From the IMG/VR virus record IMGVR_UViG_3300031519_000167, positions 1 through 28,067 of that record: 28,067 bases of DNA; one strand, 5' to 3'. How positions within the stretch are numbered: position 1 is the stretch's first letter; every line of letters starts with the position of its first letter. The position numbers and the translations under genes are program-made. Shown here piece by piece: positions 26,701 to 28,067 of this stretch. The stretch is from a virus. Its lineage: Duplodnaviria > Caudoviricetes. The notes beneath the pieces were generated by a model. It made no database searches. It was not told the DNA's origin and saw only the letters and a list, made by a program, of their open reading frames with translations.

Positions 26701-26892
26701 GAAGATGCTTTAATACAAGGATATATTAAAAATCCCAATATTGATAGTGGCGGATTAGAAGCAAGTCGAGCAGTCAGACTGTTAGAATGGTACAAAAAAT
26801 ATAGGGATGAGAAACCTCGTTCCACCCCTGTACCTAAACGTAGACCAGAATTAAAACAAAAAAATTCATTCCTTAGTCCAACTATGGGATAA
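23719..26892 (+). CDS. Large putative virion/ejection protein with C-terminal pesticin-like muramidase domain
   Basis: 1057 aa; Gly/Thr/Asn-rich body, ADDIP...EGDFIINA segment, and E...GYVP...SGVTVGLGIDLAQ lysozyme-like motif. Confidence 0.7.
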   Translation: MRVLPPEEKVNINKSNDNIELFDGSKKRSDDFYNTLPPDARFEYFPDGTSGFVDGRGNKYTPPPSIDDRSRSISSSTDTIQYDRFNSPTSTGTATNNVSDNNQITESSATNESGSDFLTNVGGVGATTFDYDLSDADLLEAIELRKAAYGQDTVIESGGTAVNSEGVEERGFLERVGDRLEEIFISGPASVVTRPSPVSGKTVATKAPGIQGVMDSATVFTGLPFGQIMNKMGDRLIDAQTVDTKAAAVGMTGYGAVQVQEKSTGRIIDLTTSPAFGKGLDQSENRTTFMNALGITDNTSVGTYAESDVQGAVIFNGREYPNINAVIREVSQKGYISPFAMEKNIPAGEDYDRSRVVGAGEKRIGLYNQDSGEVDLGFGRLGAVTGVAIDGQGNLNYKTDGSGFVMGMGEMVNTSTGIAFGGNRANIAGANNLTATQAQDLLNQINNGDITSTPNTTSYLNTIAADFRDIGDDYTNLNVPVNPIFGSYPIPEIDRFPEGDMPQYQDIVTEDVDTDTYQMQTSTPLSERTPEEYFNSMPTGGFFTNDDSNDNNGNFDSGDNAGFSEDDSSDAYSDGYADGGTVGMQEGGVANQQGVSQIVQGAGFISPQENASPDATVADDIPLEAEEGDFIINAPAAEFAGRQDIVTMITDAIKSLREKGVDIQYGNPKIPVERSVKLAVSKNEVYIPKPVAEEIGYDKLQKINKRGQKEVQRRQEEAQGQAARGGFVKKADGDIVTKDETLKEDKSSMMGTDEGNFIQNLGRAVYDNIKKDVMGFISPKEKEKKELELIDKPKRRPEDLDTSSNTPIKQKPFVVTEQYKPQDEFQKVAYNALDAIEKPPTGYTKRKGYVPRKNSGNPFEKSGVTVGLGIDLAQFSPLEFKGMKLSPELYAAIKPYTLNGHLLNDQNGRATNAKQVRGVGATKLPELNLTDEQVSELNSKVYNFKKNKFNKIHGKDYEGFNNTEDKVSAFAMDWGGAFKNPVTFKRILNQKASTEDALIQGYIKNPNIDSGGLEASRAVRLLEWYKKYRDEKPRSTPVPKRRPELKQKNSFLSPTMG

Positions 26893-26898
26893 TAATTA

Positions 26899-26962
26899 GT
26901 CAGCTACCCAGTATATCTGGCCCTGACATCCGAAGCAGCTACCCACAGCCATGTGGCACTGC
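26899..26962 (+). ncRNA. Putative cis-regulatory RNA: tandem hairpins with CUAC internal loops
   Basis: GTCAG-CTAC-CCAG-tatat-CTGG-CC-CTGAC and GCAG-CTAC-CCACA-gcca-TGTGG-CA-CTGC, just upstream of the GAGGT RBS. Confidence 0.65.
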
Positions 26963-26981
26963 AATATATGAGGTAATAAAA

Positions 26982-27860
26982 ATGGCAACACGAGTAAAAG
27001 GTGCAAGAGCTAATAAACCCAATGACTCCTTTGGAGTAATGAATAACCCAAATGTCTATCGAAATAAATACCGGGAAGAAGTCGATAGAGATGAGGATGA
27101 CGATGAAGTAGAGCAAAATTCAATGGACCCTTCGGAACAGACTGAAGCTACTCCCAAAGAAGAAAGTTTTGCAACTACGGAAAAAGAGGGTGAAAGCGAT
27201 GCCTATAAAAAACGTTATGATGATTTAAAACGTCATTATGATAAAAAACTGGATGAGTGGAAGTCAGAACGTGATACTCTGGAGTCTGCTAATAAGGTTA
27301 CGGATACTGGAGTACAAATGCCTACGACTCCTGAAGAACTCACAGAGTTTAAACAAAAGTATCCTGATGTGTACAAAGTTGTTCAAACTGTTGCGTCAAT
27401 GCAAGCAGAGCAAAAGACAGGTGATCTCAAAGAAGAGATTAACTCTCTTAAGCAACGTGAAGAAGACATGGTTGTACAAAGTGCCTACAGTGATTTATTA
27501 TCTGCCCATCCTGATTTTCAGGAAATTAAAACAGATGAAAAGTTTCTTGAATGGCTCGATGACCAACCTGTTTCTATAGCAGACGGTATATACAAGAACA
27601 ATAAGGATGCAAAATGGGCAAGCCGAGTAATAGACTTGTACAAAAATGATGTTGGCATAACATCAAAAAAGGATACTTCAACCAATAAACGAAGTGCTGC
27701 AGAAATTGTAAAATCACCAAAAGTTCGTGAAATTTCAGATTCTAACAGCAACAAGAAGATTTGGAAGATGTCCGACATCGCCAAGCTGAAATCGTGGGAG
27801 TTTGAAAAACTGGAAACAGAAATAGACTTAGCACGAACAGAAGGGCGAATAACCCAATAA
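26982..27860 (+). CDS. Capsid scaffolding protein
   Basis: Acidic N-terminus, YKKRYDDLKRH, HPDF.EI, ends A..EGRI; directly before the capsid gene. Confidence 0.85.
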   Translation: MATRVKGARANKPNDSFGVMNNPNVYRNKYREEVDRDEDDDEVEQNSMDPSEQTEATPKEESFATTEKEGESDAYKKRYDDLKRHYDKKLDEWKSERDTLESANKVTDTGVQMPTTPEELTEFKQKYPDVYKVVQTVASMQAEQKTGDLKEEINSLKQREEDMVVQSAYSDLLSAHPDFQEIKTDEKFLEWLDDQPVSIADGIYKNNKDAKWASRVIDLYKNDVGITSKKDTSTNKRSAAEIVKSPKVREISDSNSNKKIWKMSDIAKLKSWEFEKLETEIDLARTEGRITQ

Positions 27861-27889
27861 CTAACCTCAAATAGAGGAAGGATACTATA

Positions 27890-28067
27890 ATGGCTTTTAC
27901 TACAAGTGCAGGGTATGGAAATTTACCGTCAGGTAACTTCGCACCCGAAATTTTTAGCCAAAAAGTTCTTAAGTTCTTCCGTAGAGCTTCGGTGGCAGAA
28001 GATATTACTAATACCGACTATACTGGCGAAATCGAGAACTTTGGCGATACTGTCAACATAATGAAAG
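27890..28067 (+). CDS. Major capsid protein, N-terminal fragment
   Basis: Not in the ORF track: MAFTTSAGYGNLPSGNFAPEIFSQKVLKFFRRASVAEDITNTDYTGEIENFGDTVNI... Confidence 0.9.
   Translation, partial: MAFTTSAGYGNLPSGNFAPEIFSQKVLKFFRRASVAEDITNTDYTGEIENFGDTVNIMK

Noticed and set aside
17078-27784. Minus-strand and out-of-frame ORFs in the structural module (e.g. 17840-18160, 20292-20651, 27238-27579)
   Set aside because: Shadows of terS, terL, portal, scaffold and neighbours with no protein-like signal; only 23492-23710 was kept.

Overview
About 28 kb of a tailed, probably marine podovirus-like phage genome. It most resembles HMO-2011-type phages of Alphaproteobacteria, based on a family A DNA polymerase with DnaJ-like CxxCxGxG motifs and on gene order. 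There are three modules. (1) 1-8900, minus strand, replication and nucleotide metabolism: RHH regulator, primase, DnaB-like helicase, HNH, a DNA polymerase split into exonuclease and polymerase ORFs, SSB-like protein, Cas4-like nuclease, T7 endonuclease I-like resolvase, DUF3310 and class II ribonucleotide reductase. (2) 9063-16080, plus strand, AT-rich early/accessory genes including a C5 DNA methyltransferase and a DUF932-like protein. (3) After a non-coding, repeat-rich junction (16140-16680), a packaging and head module: terS, terL, portal, a large muramidase-bearing protein, scaffold and the start of the major capsid protein. The most unusual signals are a 667-aa tyrosine-recombinase-domain fusion between terL and portal, a ~12.5-kb zone with no CCAG/CTGG that ends sharply at the junction (possible first-injected genome end), window-wide CCWGG avoidance, the split polymerase, an orphan consensus leftward promoter at the junction, and a tandem CUAC-loop hairpin upstream of the scaffold gene. 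All calls come from motifs read by eye; no database searches were run.
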